A stretch of 64,000 nt of DNA from a virus (IMGVR_UViG_3300042888_001115:11067-75066); one strand, 5' to 3'. Positions 46,369-56,082 are shown, counted from the first letter of the stretch. Numbers and translations: made by a program. The notes: generated from the sequence alone by a model not told the origin.

Positions 46369-46727
46369 TAACTTTTAATTAAATCGTTAAGCATACTTTG
46401 AATATTTACTACCGATGATATTCTTTCCTTATCATATCCTTTATGGAATAAAGGTAGATATGAACCATTCGGTCGTTTTTCAAATAACTGAACTTCAATG
46501 TGATTATTTACATTGTTTAATGTAATATCCATTCTCATTATTTCCGGTACTGCAAATGTTGTTGGTAACCAGTTGAAATGAACTCCATATTTTTTATATG
46601 TCCCATCATTTCCTAAATCGGTCACTTTGGTGCATACATATTGTTGTGTATTTGCGGAGAACATACCAATAGTAAATACCTTATCCATCAACATCATTGG
46701 TCCTCTTGCCATTTTTTGAATACTCAT
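46368..46727 (-). CDS. hypothetical protein
   Basis: 119-aa ORF. Confidence 0.45.
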   Translation of the reverse strand: MSIQKMARGPMMLMDKVFTIGMFSANTQQYVCTKVTDLGNDGTYKKYGVHFNWLPTTFAVPEIMRMDITLNNVNNHIEVQLFEKRPNGSYLPLFHKGYDKERISSVVNIQSMLNDLIKS

Positions 46728-46745
46728 AACTTATTGTTTTTAATT

Positions 46746-46997
46746 TTATCTATATAATGTTACAAACTCACCGAACTCTCTATCAAATACTTCTATTAAA
46801 TGGTCATAGTTACCCTTCATCATTTCTGCTTGAATAGCTTTACTATCTAATCCTAATTGTTTAGCTAATCTACTAGCCATACCAATCAATACAAACGCGT
46901 TACCATCAGGTCCCGTCAAATCGATTTCAATTCCTAACTTTTGTTCTTTACTTTTTATCATAACTTTTAATTTTATTTGTGTGTCTTTCCATTTCAT
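46746..46997 (-). CDS. hypothetical protein
   Basis: 83-aa ORF. Confidence 0.4.
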   Translation of the reverse strand: MKWKDTQIKLKVMIKSKEQKLGIEIDLTGPDGNAFVLIGMASRLAKQLGLDSKAIQAEMMKGNYDHLIEVFDREFGEFVTLYR

Positions 46998-47056
46998 GAT
47001 GTTGTTTTATCCACTCTCTAAGAATGAATAGAACTTTTGTTATTATTGTTTTCATA

Positions 47057-47434
47057 TTACCACCAACTTGTGTAATATACTGTCTTACCATTTGCTATTG
47101 CTTCCCTTGCTTTAGTAACAAATAACAAATCGTTTTCATTTTCTTCATCACCATTAGAACTCTCACCAAAAAAGAAACCGGATGTATCAGGCAAATTACC
47201 TTCTCTAATATCCGCTTCTAATGCATCTAAATCAAAAGTATCTAATACAACACAATCACCATTAAAACTATCCGATGTTCCACCCTTTGTATCATATATA
47301 GATTGCATCCATCCATGTAAGTTAGGATGTTTTCTCCAATAGTGAACTTCCTCTGGTTTAAAATTCTTAGTTTCAAAGTCTACATCCGTTTTCGGTTTTG
47401 CGTTAGTAGAAAACGCGTACATGTCTAATCCCAT
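47057..47434 (-). CDS. hypothetical protein
   Basis: 125-aa ORF. Confidence 0.45.
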   Translation of the reverse strand: MGLDMYAFSTNAKPKTDVDFETKNFKPEEVHYWRKHPNLHGWMQSIYDTKGGTSDSFNGDCVVLDTFDLDALEADIREGNLPDTSGFFFGESSNGDEENENDLLFVTKAREAIANGKTVYYTSWW

Positions 47435-47438
47435 AATT

Positions 47439-47777
47439 TTACTTTTTATTTTTTATTGATACAATATGTTTACAATCTTTACCTCGTCCGAAACCATGTG
47501 CCGGACAACTACAACTCCAAAATCCTTCATCATTTACTACTTTGTATATGTTACCTTTACTACCCGCCACTTTAAACTCTTTAAGTTTAGTTTTTATTAG
47601 TTTAGGTTTTTTACCATACTCAATTTTATCCCACATCCTTTCTAATTCATTCCAACTATACCATCTATTTACTTCTATCCACCCGCTGCTTTTTTCACCA
47701 CCGGTACATACAATCCATGTCTTACCGGATAAAGGTGATTCAAAACAAATAGGTGGTAATACTGATTTGATTCTCAT
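47439..47777 (-). CDS. SWIM zinc-finger protein
   Basis: WSCSCPAHGFGRGKDCKHI (CxCx10CxH). Confidence 0.55.
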   Translation of the reverse strand: MRIKSVLPPICFESPLSGKTWIVCTGGEKSSGWIEVNRWYSWNELERMWDKIEYGKKPKLIKTKLKEFKVAGSKGNIYKVVNDEGFWSCSCPAHGFGRGKDCKHIVSIKNKK

Positions 47778-47787
47778 AACTTATTTT

Positions 47788-48123
47788 TTAATATTGATAA
47801 TCTGCAATCTTTTCAACTGCGGTGTCAATCGTGTCAATCAAACTATCAATGTAAACCATATCAAATGTTTTCTTAATTGAACTATCTGCATTAATTAAGT
47901 GTACTTCAAATGTATCACTCCAATCTAATGTAATTAATACCCATCCTTTGTGATGATGTCCACTAACTTTAAATAATAAACCTTTATTATCTAAACTACT
48001 CATTTCACACATTCCCCAACTCCATACAACAGGACCAACGGAACGAATATTGGTTAATAACTCTGATACATTAAACTCTCTTTTAAGTAAAGAGAATGAA
48101 ACTGATTTGATTTTACTTGTCAT
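47788..48123 (-). CDS. hypothetical protein
   Basis: 111-aa ORF. Confidence 0.45.
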   Translation of the reverse strand: MTSKIKSVSFSLLKREFNVSELLTNIRSVGPVVWSWGMCEMSSLDNKGLLFKVSGHHHKGWVLITLDWSDTFEVHLINADSSIKKTFDMVYIDSLIDTIDTAVEKIADYQY

Positions 48124-48268
48124 AACTTATTTATTTTCTTTGAATACTCTTTGTTTATTATTATTGTTTCTATATCCGTATTAGTGGTCAATTGTGTAAT
48201 ATGTGAATAAGATAATTTGTTTATATTTACCCTATCACCTAACTTTGTCACTATGGTTATATCGTAGT
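48120..48268 (-). CDS. small hypothetical protein (52 aa, MKTYYDITIVTKLGDRV...)
   Basis: ATG ORF not in the track; its TGA overlaps the downstream ATG (ATGA). Confidence 0.3.
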
Positions 48269-48277
48269 ATGTTTTCA

Positions 48278-48682
48278 TTAGTCTAAATGATTTCTACCAC
48301 CGGCACCCATTGTACCAAATGATGCCGTACTCATAAATGTTTCAATACCATGTCTCTTAAATGGTTTTTCTTTCTTAGGTTTGATACCCATCTTACGATT
48401 GTATCTTTGTGTGAATAACAATAACAAATCATAGAACCTATCTTTCCAAAACTCTATTGCTTTTGTTTCTACTTTATCGTACCTATCAACACGCTTTGCT
48501 CTACCATACTTAGTAACAATAGGCTCACCCCAAACAGGTGTATAACATTTCACTTTTGTTTCACCTTCCATATCCTTCTTTGTTAAGTATGTTAAGGCTT
48601 CATTACATAAGTCTAAGGCTTCTTTATGATAACCTGCTTTGCTCATCCATTTTGATTTCTCAATCGATTCTATTAAGTTCAT
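48278..48682 (-). CDS. hypothetical protein
   Basis: 134-aa ORF. Confidence 0.45.
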   Translation of the reverse strand: MNLIESIEKSKWMSKAGYHKEALDLCNEALTYLTKKDMEGETKVKCYTPVWGEPIVTKYGRAKRVDRYDKVETKAIEFWKDRFYDLLLLFTQRYNRKMGIKPKKEKPFKRHGIETFMSTASFGTMGAGGRNHLD

Positions 48683-48683
48683 A

Positions 48684-48899
48684 TTAATTATTTTTAAAGT
48701 TTAAGTTAGAATATTTTTTCATATCGTATTGTCTCATTAAGTCACCCGCATTTAGTTTCAATGTTGGGTCCTCATATGATTGAGATATATTTAACTCCCG
48801 CATCCAATTCTGAAATTCTAAACTGCCCATTGTTTCTTCTCGTTGTTCTTCAATTTCTCTCATTTTAAGAAAGAATTTCATTTTAATTGTATCTAACAT
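48684..48899 (-). CDS. hypothetical protein
   Basis: 71-aa ORF. Confidence 0.4.
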   Translation of the reverse strand: MLDTIKMKFFLKMREIEEQREETMGSLEFQNWMRELNISQSYEDPTLKLNAGDLMRQYDMKKYSNLNFKNN

Positions 48900-48900
48900 T

Positions 48901-49095
48901 TTATTTGTTTTTATTTTTAAAAATTGCTTCTGTAATTATTAAGTAATACCATCTCGGTAAGTAAAATAAACATTTAATGAATACATAAAGATTGTATTTT
49001 ACATCATGTTCTAATGCTCTACCTTTCATTTGTTTTTTAATTGTATATAGTAACGGAAATAACGCTACAAAATATACTATCATAAATGTTCTCAT
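48901..49095 (-). CDS. small two-TM membrane protein
   Basis: MRTFMIVYFVALFPLLYTI hydrophobic. Confidence 0.4.
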   Translation of the reverse strand: MRTFMIVYFVALFPLLYTIKKQMKGRALEHDVKYNLYVFIKCLFYLPRWYYLIITEAIFKNKNK

Positions 49096-49096
49096 A

Positions 49097-49783
49097 TTAA
49101 CATCCCCTCAATGCATACTTGCCGTTTAATTGTTTAGCTAAATACCAACCACGCTTTGCTGAATGTTTTGTTAATGATTGATGATGATGAATAAAACTGC
49201 CACCATTCAATATCGTTTTGTTACCCCTAATATCAACATCATAGTACGTTTTCAATTCAGTAAAACTTGCATCAAATCTATTATTCATAAACTGCCATAT
49301 TTGTTTTGTAATCTGCCCATATGGTTGCTTAGAACGTGGATGAACTTTTGGTGTGTTTGTCACTACGGCTTTTTGTTTGTTTTGATAATATAAATTCATT
49401 ATTGTTTGATACACATTACTACCTTTACCTTGTATCGTATTGTAATATCCATCTGCTAAACCCAATTTCATATTACCTAACATACGAGCAATAACTACAT
49501 TATTATCATTCAACTTCATATTCTGTCTATGAATACCTTTTGAACTATTGTAGTTTGGATTCTTAGGATGCAAATAGATGTCAATGTATGTTGCTTTACG
49601 CCAAGGTACATCATTTTGTTTACCAACACTCCAATTTGTTACTACTGATTTTCGGTTATTATGTCTACCTTTCAATACTACCCAACCAAAGATTTGCTCT
49701 AATACTTTTTTAATTTCGATAACTTGCTCCTCACTTTTCATTGGGATAGTTGCGATAAAGGTTTTTGTTCTATTGATACTCAT
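49097..49783 (-). CDS. hypothetical basic protein
   Basis: 228-aa ORF. Confidence 0.45.
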   Translation of the reverse strand: MSINRTKTFIATIPMKSEEQVIEIKKVLEQIFGWVVLKGRHNNRKSVVTNWSVGKQNDVPWRKATYIDIYLHPKNPNYNSSKGIHRQNMKLNDNNVVIARMLGNMKLGLADGYYNTIQGKGSNVYQTIMNLYYQNKQKAVVTNTPKVHPRSKQPYGQITKQIWQFMNNRFDASFTELKTYYDVDIRGNKTILNGGSFIHHHQSLTKHSAKRGWYLAKQLNGKYALRGC

Positions 49784-49793
49784 GTTGTTTGTT

Positions 49794-50144
49794 TTATTTT
49801 ATATAAGAAGGTCCATACTCACCCCATTGTGCAGTTCCATCTATAATGTTACCACGTGCGTGTTTTGCTGGTGCTTTCCAAGTTGCCGGTTTCAATAAGT
49901 CACCTTTCTTAATTGGTGCACCTTTTAAATCACCATCAACTCTACTAATGAAACCCCAACAAGTAGTTCCAGTCCATAAACGGATATACTTATTACCAAT
50001 TTCAACTACTAACTCCTTATATTGTCTAACCATATCAGCAGTAGTATAATACTTTAATCGTTTTGCATTCACTTCATCAATAAATGTGGCAACAATAGGA
50101 TTGCCTTTAAGATACTCTATTGCTTTTGCATCGGTTGTTCTCAT
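49794..50144 (-). CDS. hypothetical protein
   Basis: 116-aa ORF. Confidence 0.45.
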   Translation of the reverse strand: MRTTDAKAIEYLKGNPIVATFIDEVNAKRLKYYTTADMVRQYKELVVEIGNKYIRLWTGTTCWGFISRVDGDLKGAPIKKGDLLKPATWKAPAKHARGNIIDGTAQWGEYGPSYIK

Positions 50145-50145
50145 A

Positions 50146-50634
50146 TTATCTATTTTGGTTTAAGGTAAATAATTTTTTATTGTTATATCTTTGTTCATCT
50201 TGTTTTATAGTATCTGCATAATTATTGAATGCACTATAATCTCTTTGTTTAGCATCTTCATCCGCATCTTCGTTTGATATTACTCTATACTCACCATTTA
50301 CTATTCTATCATCTTCGGTAAAACCCGCACCATCATATTCAGGTTCAATTTCCTCATCAATAGCATTTTTAAGAATATCACGTTCTCTATCGTATTGTTC
50401 AGCATTAAACTTACTTACATACTCTAATGCTTCATCTAAGCTTTTACACTCATCATATAAAGCAGTTTGTATTTTATCTCTCAATACTTCGGATTTCTTT
50501 AATTCATTAGTAAAGTATTCTATACTACTAATATTTGTACCCAACTCTTTTAAGTGAGATTCATTTTGTTCTACTAACTTACTAGTTGCATAATACAACT
50601 GATTCAATTCCAATAATGTTAATTCTAAATTCAT
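50146..50634 (-). CDS. coiled-coil acidic protein
   Basis: 162-aa ORF. Confidence 0.45.
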   Translation of the reverse strand: MNLELTLLELNQLYYATSKLVEQNESHLKELGTNISSIEYFTNELKKSEVLRDKIQTALYDECKSLDEALEYVSKFNAEQYDRERDILKNAIDEEIEPEYDGAGFTEDDRIVNGEYRVISNEDADEDAKQRDYSAFNNYADTIKQDEQRYNNKKLFTLNQNR

Positions 50635-50664
50635 ATGTTATAGTTTTTAATTTAATTAATTTAT

Positions 50665-50898
50665 TTAAGCCGCTCTTAACCATTGTTGATAAATTACATC
50701 GTAGTCACATCCTTTATTAGATGCCAACTTCTCAAACAGGCGTTCTCTTATAATACTATCGTACACCCATAGGTAATCATATACATCACAATAGGTATTT
50801 AAGGTTTTCCATAGACCATCAAAGGTAGCCATTGGATTAATACCTTTACCCATGTCATCGGTTGGGTAATTCTTTAGATAAAATTCTCTAATACTCAT
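50665..50898 (-). CDS. hypothetical protein
   Basis: 77-aa ORF. Confidence 0.4.
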   Translation of the reverse strand: MSIREFYLKNYPTDDMGKGINPMATFDGLWKTLNTYCDVYDYLWVYDSIIRERLFEKLASNKGCDYDVIYQQWLRAA

Positions 50899-50910
50899 AT
50901 TTTATAGTTT

Positions 50911-51049
50911 TTATTTATTTTTACGAGCCCAATTCTTTTGAGCTTTTTTCTTTTTGTTTGGTACTACCTTTGGTTTATACCTACCATCAAACACACCCGC
51001 TTCTTTTTGGTCACTTCGTTTGATAGTTCGTTCATACGCCGTTTTCATT
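50911..51049 (-). CDS. small basic protein (45 aa, MKTAYERTIKRSDQKEAGVFDGRYKPKVVPNKKKKAQKNWARKNK)
   Basis: ATG ORF not in the track; its start overlaps the stop of the preceding small ORF. Confidence 0.3.
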
Positions 51050-51156
51050 ATCTATCTTTTAATCTTACAAACACTTCTTTGATTTTTGGTGTTTCTAATC
51101 TTTTCAAAAATTTCTCTAATTTTTTATCTAAGAATTTCTTTTGTTTCTTTGTCATA
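51049..51156 (-). CDS. small basic protein (35 aa, MTKKQKKFLDKKLEKFLKRLETPKIKEVFVRLKDR)
   Basis: ATG ORF not in the track, in the 258-nt gap. Confidence 0.3.
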
Positions 51157-52005
51157 CTATTTTACTTTTACTAATTTACTTTGAGCGGCTTTTGTTATCA
51201 TTGGATTAACATCATACACACTAAACTTGCTATCCATAGGGATAATGAATTTGTTATGTGCAGTATCAATCTTAGTTCTAACAAACTTAAACTTCAATCC
51301 TACAATTACACCCGTCTCATCTAAGTGTCTCATATCGTATGCATCACCATCAATTACTTTATAACCCATAAATGATATTGGTAATTGTTTACCTTCAAAT
51401 ACCATAGCAACTCTACCTTTATTATTTTCTAATAACTCTAATGATTGTAACATATTGTAACCACTAAAAGAATAAGTCAAATCATAGTTAGAATACTTAT
51501 CTAACAACTTAAAGCGATTAGCAACCTTAGTATAATCATAAAATGTCACTTCGTTGAATATATCGAAAATCACTTTACCATTGAATTTAAACAATGTTGG
51601 CTGAATATCGGATGTGCCATTTAATCTAACTGAAAATGTAAAACCTTTAGCAATTGCATCAGCTTTAGCTTTACTAATCTCAGCTACTAACCAACCCATA
51701 AAGAACTCTCTATGCTCAAAGAACAATTTAGTTTTTTTAATACGAGCTTTATTGATTGCGTTTTTCTTAACGTCAATTCTATTGTGTCCACTTTCAGTTA
51801 AACACGCTTCTCTACATTCAGCCGTTGAACCCGGACAAACATTGTAACCACTTTGTTCAGCAGGAGCAAGATACAATATATAAGTCATTTCATTGTACTT
51901 TAAACCTTTAGCAATTTTAGATGAACTTGCTACACTACCTAAATAAGATAAACCAGTTAACTTTTTAGCATTACCAATTGTTGTAAACTTCATTGTGTTA
52001 TTCAT
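51157..52005 (-). CDS. hypothetical protein
   Basis: 282-aa ORF. Confidence 0.5.
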   Translation of the reverse strand: MNNTMKFTTIGNAKKLTGLSYLGSVASSSKIAKGLKYNEMTYILYLAPAEQSGYNVCPGSTAECREACLTESGHNRIDVKKNAINKARIKKTKLFFEHREFFMGWLVAEISKAKADAIAKGFTFSVRLNGTSDIQPTLFKFNGKVIFDIFNEVTFYDYTKVANRFKLLDKYSNYDLTYSFSGYNMLQSLELLENNKGRVAMVFEGKQLPISFMGYKVIDGDAYDMRHLDETGVIVGLKFKFVRTKIDTAHNKFIIPMDSKFSVYDVNPMITKAAQSKLVKVK

Positions 52006-52029
52006 ATTATTATTTTTAAATTTTAGAAA

Positions 52030-52185
52030 TTATTTACTATCGTTATGTTTAAATACTATTTCAAACTTTCTATCTTCAATAGAAAAACTATCTAAAACGA
52101 TTTGTAATTGTTTAGAAAGATTATCTAATTTAGACTCATCCGTAAATTCAAACTCAATGTTGAACTGAAATGTTACATTACTCAT
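52030..52185 (-). CDS. small hypothetical protein (start trimmed to MSNVTFQ)
   Basis: The track's N-terminal MSPYITKIYNM is leader-repeat copy B. Confidence 0.35.
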   Translation of the reverse strand: MSNVTFQFNIEFEFTDESKLDNLSKQLQIVLDSFSIEDRKFEIVFKHNDSK

Positions 52186-52233
52186 ATTATAAATTTTTGT
52201 TATATAAGGACTCATTCTCTCGACTCAATACAT

Positions 52234-52244
52234 AAAGGTACGAC
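52234..52244 (-). promoter_or_regulatory. promoter -7-like motif GTCGTACCTTTATGTATTG
   Basis: Inside copy B. Confidence 0.35.
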
Positions 52245-52308
52245 TTTATATTGGACTTTGAACAGTCAAAGGTAACTATTTTTAGGTTTTTCAAAGATTT
52301 TTGACTGA

Positions 52309-52324
52309 CTATCAATGAGTTACA
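52309..52324 (-). promoter_or_regulatory. upstream element ATCAATGAGTTACA (UAS-class motif)
   Basis: Family ATCAAYKRGTTASG. Confidence 0.35.
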
Positions 52325-52399
52325 TATATGATTTTTTTATATATGGGTAAAAAGGTGTAGACATAGATAACCCATTGAGAATCAATAAGTTATAACTCT

Positions 52400-52419
52400 T
52401 TGATAATCAATGGGTTAGG
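52400..52419 (-). promoter_or_regulatory. conserved 20-mer TTGATAATCAATGGGTTAGG with upstream imperfect inverted partner (52368-52389)
   Basis: One of three near-identical 20-mers; palindromic TTGATAATCAA core. Confidence 0.45.
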
Positions 52420-52475
52420 AATTTGAGTTATTATATTACATTTTTATATAATATCAACCCTTATTTTATGTATTA

Positions 52476-52880
52476 TTACCAGGAAATTTCCCAATCTTTA
52501 AACTCTGCCGCTAAACAATCTATTTTATAATCCATTCTGCCACCAACAACTTCCTGAATTTTATTTTTTGCTACATTTCTGATACCATTAATACCATGTG
52601 TTAATTCTAAATTGTTTCCCTCTTTAATTCCTTTACGATAGTTCGATTCATTCTGCCAAATATGTGCATTGATTTGTGATAATACTACAATTGCTCTAAT
52701 CGTTTCGCCACTAATTGGCTTGTCACTATTATCTAAACACAATTGAATATCATGTACGATATCCGCAATTTCCTGTGCGTATTCTGCTTTGTGTTCAGGA
52801 ATCTTTACTTCTTTTAATTGAGCTATACTCAATCTGTCAATTAACTCCGCTAATGTTGGGAGATATTTTCTTTCACTCAT
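52476..52880 (-). CDS. hypothetical protein
   Basis: 134-aa ORF. Confidence 0.45.
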   Translation of the reverse strand: MSERKYLPTLAELIDRLSIAQLKEVKIPEHKAEYAQEIADIVHDIQLCLDNSDKPISGETIRAIVVLSQINAHIWQNESNYRKGIKEGNNLELTHGINGIRNVAKNKIQEVVGGRMDYKIDCLAAEFKDWEISW

Positions 52881-53974
52881 AGTTGTATGTTTTTTAAATA
52901 ACGAATTAATGTATTTCTATTGTGTTCAAATTCTTCAAAGTTATCATAATAAATACTATGTAAATCGGAGTATGATAAACTAGCAAATTCATTTACCTTA
53001 GTATTAAATGCATCTAAATCATATCCCATATTATTACAATGATACAAAGGACATTCAAATGAAAATCCAAAGTATTTACTAAATTGTTCCAATGTATTTT
53101 CAGGTCCCCAAAAACTAAATGGATTCATAAACATTAATGGTTTATAAATCTTTTCTGAATAGTGTAGTATATTACTTCTATCTGCGTATGGATGTACGGG
53201 TGTACGTGAACTAAATCCTTCCGTTATAATTTCAAAGTAAGTATTATGAAAATGCGTTACGTTTGTATTTTGTGGTTGAAAGTAAACAGGATTTGCTATA
53301 TGTTTAATATCATTTTCAAATACATAATTTGCATTGTTATCACCATCTAATTCTATTGGTAATACTTTATATGCATCTGATTTTAAAATATATTCCATAT
53401 CCGAATTACTCACATCATACATTCTACTATCAAACTTGTCATTAGCCAATGTCCAATTAAAACTAACTAAACCATCATCTAAATTATTATTGTTGTATAA
53501 TGATTCAAATATTTTGAACCTTTCAGTTCTCATATGATGATTAAGAAACAAATATTTCTTTAATCGTTTTTTAGTTCTTAATACATCCCATTGTATAAAT
53601 TTGTTTGATTGTGTAAACCCATCTTTTGTAAAGTTGTCTGCTAATTGTAAGGCGTGTAATGGAAAAAATACATGCGATTTGAATTGACAATTGAGTATGT
53701 TTACCGTCAGTATTTTAAGATTAAACCCACTCAACTCTGCTTCTAATCGTTTATAGGTATTTACATCAATATAACTTTCAGTAGAAATAAAATCTAAATA
53801 TACGTTTTCAATGTTTTGTTTTTTTATGAATAATCCAATACGTTCAATTTTAGGACGAGATGAATCTTCCATTATACTTAATACTAAACATTCTTTTGTA
53901 GGTTTTATATAACCACACGGTAAATGGTCATATTCTACAAACTCTTTATTCTCATATCTAAAATATTTATTCAA
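52877..53974 (-). CDS. large paralogous family A protein (possible glycosyltransferase)
   Basis: C-terminal YKPLMFMNPFSFWGPENTLEQFSKYFGF block. Confidence 0.4.
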   Translation of the reverse strand: MNKYFRYENKEFVEYDHLPCGYIKPTKECLVLSIMEDSSRPKIERIGLFIKKQNIENVYLDFISTESYIDVNTYKRLEAELSGFNLKILTVNILNCQFKSHVFFPLHALQLADNFTKDGFTQSNKFIQWDVLRTKKRLKKYLFLNHHMRTERFKIFESLYNNNNLDDGLVSFNWTLANDKFDSRMYDVSNSDMEYILKSDAYKVLPIELDGDNNANYVFENDIKHIANPVYFQPQNTNVTHFHNTYFEIITEGFSSRTPVHPYADRSNILHYSEKIYKPLMFMNPFSFWGPENTLEQFSKYFGFSFECPLYHCNNMGYDLDAFNTKVNEFASLSYSDLHSIYYDNFEEFEHNRNTLIRYLKNIQL

Positions 53975-55223
53975 CTGAAAACAATTTTATAGTATTAATC
54001 TTTTCTTTCTCTATTAGTTTAACTAAAACATGATAGTTGTACTCACAATTAAAATAAGTTTCATCAACCAGTTCTCTTAACGTTTCTATATCCATACTTG
54101 CTAATTCATCCAATATCTTTAAAAATTTAGCAAACCTTCTTTTATAAAATATAGCCTTTGCGTTATCCTCATGTCTAACTTCATCCATTATCTCATAAAA
54201 TTCGGTAGTATCATCTAATATACTTGCATCATATAATTGTGGGAACAACTTAAATCCATATTCCTCTAATCCTTTATAGATACCCGCACTACCAAATATC
54301 AAAAATGGTTTCTTACATACGATAGGTCTAAATGCCTTCTCAGTTAGTGAACAAAAATCAACCGGGTCACTTAGCGTTTCTATTACTAAATCAATTAATG
54401 CGTTATTATTCTTTTCAAAGTTTACCCACTTACAATTGTAATAGTGTCCACCTTCTAATTCATTTTGAAATACTCTAACAGGAAATTGAAATGAATCATC
54501 TATATCATCCAATAGTTTTTTATTACCATCTCGTTCTCTCTCTGAATATGTGATATACTTTTTACCATCATCCCAATGTCTAAAAAAGAAAGTTGCTTCA
54601 CACTTACTTAACATCCTATTATCTAATAAGTGTTTGTATAAGTGCATTCTTGCTTCTCTCGGTTGGTTGTTAGTAGTATAGAAATGTTTTTGTGCATTTG
54701 AACTATTAACTACAATATTTTCTGCTTCTATTTTCTCTATATTGTTTTCCAAAAAGTAAGGTAAACATCCTAAGTTATAGATTACATTTATATTTTCCCA
54801 ATCATGCGACCAATTCTTTGATGCGATACTAATAAATACCTTATCAATTTGGTCACCGAAAAAACGATTAAGGTGAAATACCAATTCAGGTACAGGACCA
54901 CCGACAGTAAGAAAGTCCATATCCTCACCATAGAATATGAACTTCTTTATAACACCAGTCCTAAGTTTGTCTAAAATTTCTTTTGATTTCTCTAATTGTA
55001 AGAAACCAGGTATTGCAGATGAAATTGATTCAGTATAGAACATACAATAAACTTCATCATCCTCTACAAATTTTATATCACCATACTTTTGTACGCTGAA
55101 TATAAATTGTTTCATATGTCCTTGTCTAATATAATTGTTTTGACCTTCCTCTGAATAGAAGTCTAAATCAATAACACCCCAATTGGATTTATATTCTGTA
55201 AACTTAATTTTAATCTCTTGCAT
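53967..55223 (-). CDS. large paralogous family A protein (possible glycosyltransferase)
   Basis: CKKPFLIFGSAGIYKGLEEYGFKLFPQLYD block. Confidence 0.4.
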   Translation of the reverse strand: MQEIKIKFTEYKSNWGVIDLDFYSEEGQNNYIRQGHMKQFIFSVQKYGDIKFVEDDEVYCMFYTESISSAIPGFLQLEKSKEILDKLRTGVIKKFIFYGEDMDFLTVGGPVPELVFHLNRFFGDQIDKVFISIASKNWSHDWENINVIYNLGCLPYFLENNIEKIEAENIVVNSSNAQKHFYTTNNQPREARMHLYKHLLDNRMLSKCEATFFFRHWDDGKKYITYSERERDGNKKLLDDIDDSFQFPVRVFQNELEGGHYYNCKWVNFEKNNNALIDLVIETLSDPVDFCSLTEKAFRPIVCKKPFLIFGSAGIYKGLEEYGFKLFPQLYDASILDDTTEFYEIMDEVRHEDNAKAIFYKRRFAKFLKILDELASMDIETLRELVDETYFNCEYNYHVLVKLIEKEKINTIKLFSVE

Positions 55224-55626
55224 ATGTCTTATAATAACTATATAAACTCATTAAATCTCCCCCACATTTTTCAACCGCTTCATCCCAAATATTTAAACCA
55301 AAGACGGTTTTAAAATCATGTTCTAATTTATAAAGTATCTTTTGTTCGTCTTTATGTGCTTCTAATTCTAACTTAATGGCTTTTAATCGTTTCATTCTAC
55401 TTGCTTCTAATGCCGATTCAACACGATTCTTTTCATCAGTACCACCATAGTTGTCATATGTTTGTTGATATGCCTGTTTTGCGGTTGCTCGCATTTTATC
55501 AGCTTCACCAAACATGAACGAATAATCATAATCACCATTTTGTATCTTATCAAATAAAGGTGCTCTATCTGAAAGGGGTTTCTTTCTTTTACCTGTTGCC
55601 CACCATCTGAATTTGTTGTATGCCAT
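55210..55626 (-). CDS. hypothetical protein
   Basis: 138-aa ORF. Confidence 0.45.
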   Translation of the reverse strand: MAYNKFRWWATGKRKKPLSDRAPLFDKIQNGDYDYSFMFGEADKMRATAKQAYQQTYDNYGGTDEKNRVESALEASRMKRLKAIKLELEAHKDEQKILYKLEHDFKTVFGLNIWDEAVEKCGGDLMSLYSYYKTYARD

Positions 55627-55628
55627 AA

Positions 55629-55922
55629 CTAACCATTTAATTGAATATTCATAACTTGTCTTCGTAAGTAGATTTCGTTTAATTTATGTGTAACCTCTGA
55701 TACTATTCTTTCGTCCTTTATAACTTCTGCTACCGCACTTTCAACATCAGCGGTACAAAAACGAGTATCATAGTAGGCATTTATCCTATCCATTGTTTCC
55801 TCTACTTTAGCTTCCCAATATTGCTCGGTTAATTTTGATTCAGATGCAAATTGTTCATATAAATAATCTTCATCACCACTTTCATTAATTGGTGTGTTTG
55901 TTGGTAGTTGTTGTTTGCTCAT
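55629..55922 (-). CDS. hypothetical protein
   Basis: 97-aa ORF. Confidence 0.4.
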   Translation of the reverse strand: MSKQQLPTNTPINESGDEDYLYEQFASESKLTEQYWEAKVEETMDRINAYYDTRFCTADVESAVAEVIKDERIVSEVTHKLNEIYLRRQVMNIQLNG

Positions 55923-56082
55923 AATATTCTTTTAATGTTTTTTCTATAAAGTGTATTCCCTCACTATCACCACTATATGCATCATATGAGGTGTAAAGAC
56001 GGACAAACTTTTCAATTCCATATGTTTCTAATTCATATATAACGGAACTAAGGTTTGATATTTGACAATGATTAAATCCCAT
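55885..56082 (-). CDS. hypothetical protein
   Basis: 65-aa ORF. Confidence 0.35.
   Translation of the reverse strand: MGFNHCQISNLSSVIYELETYGIEKFVRLYTSYDAYSGDSEGIHFIEKTLKEYYEQTTTTNKHTN

Larger units (their letters stand above)
52205..52330 (-). repeat. 120-nt promoter/leader module, copy B
   Basis: Gene-sense TGTAACTCATTGATAGTC ... AAAGTCGTACCTTTATGTATTGAGTCGAGAGAATGAGTCCTTATATAACAAAAATTTATAATATG. Confidence 0.6.
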
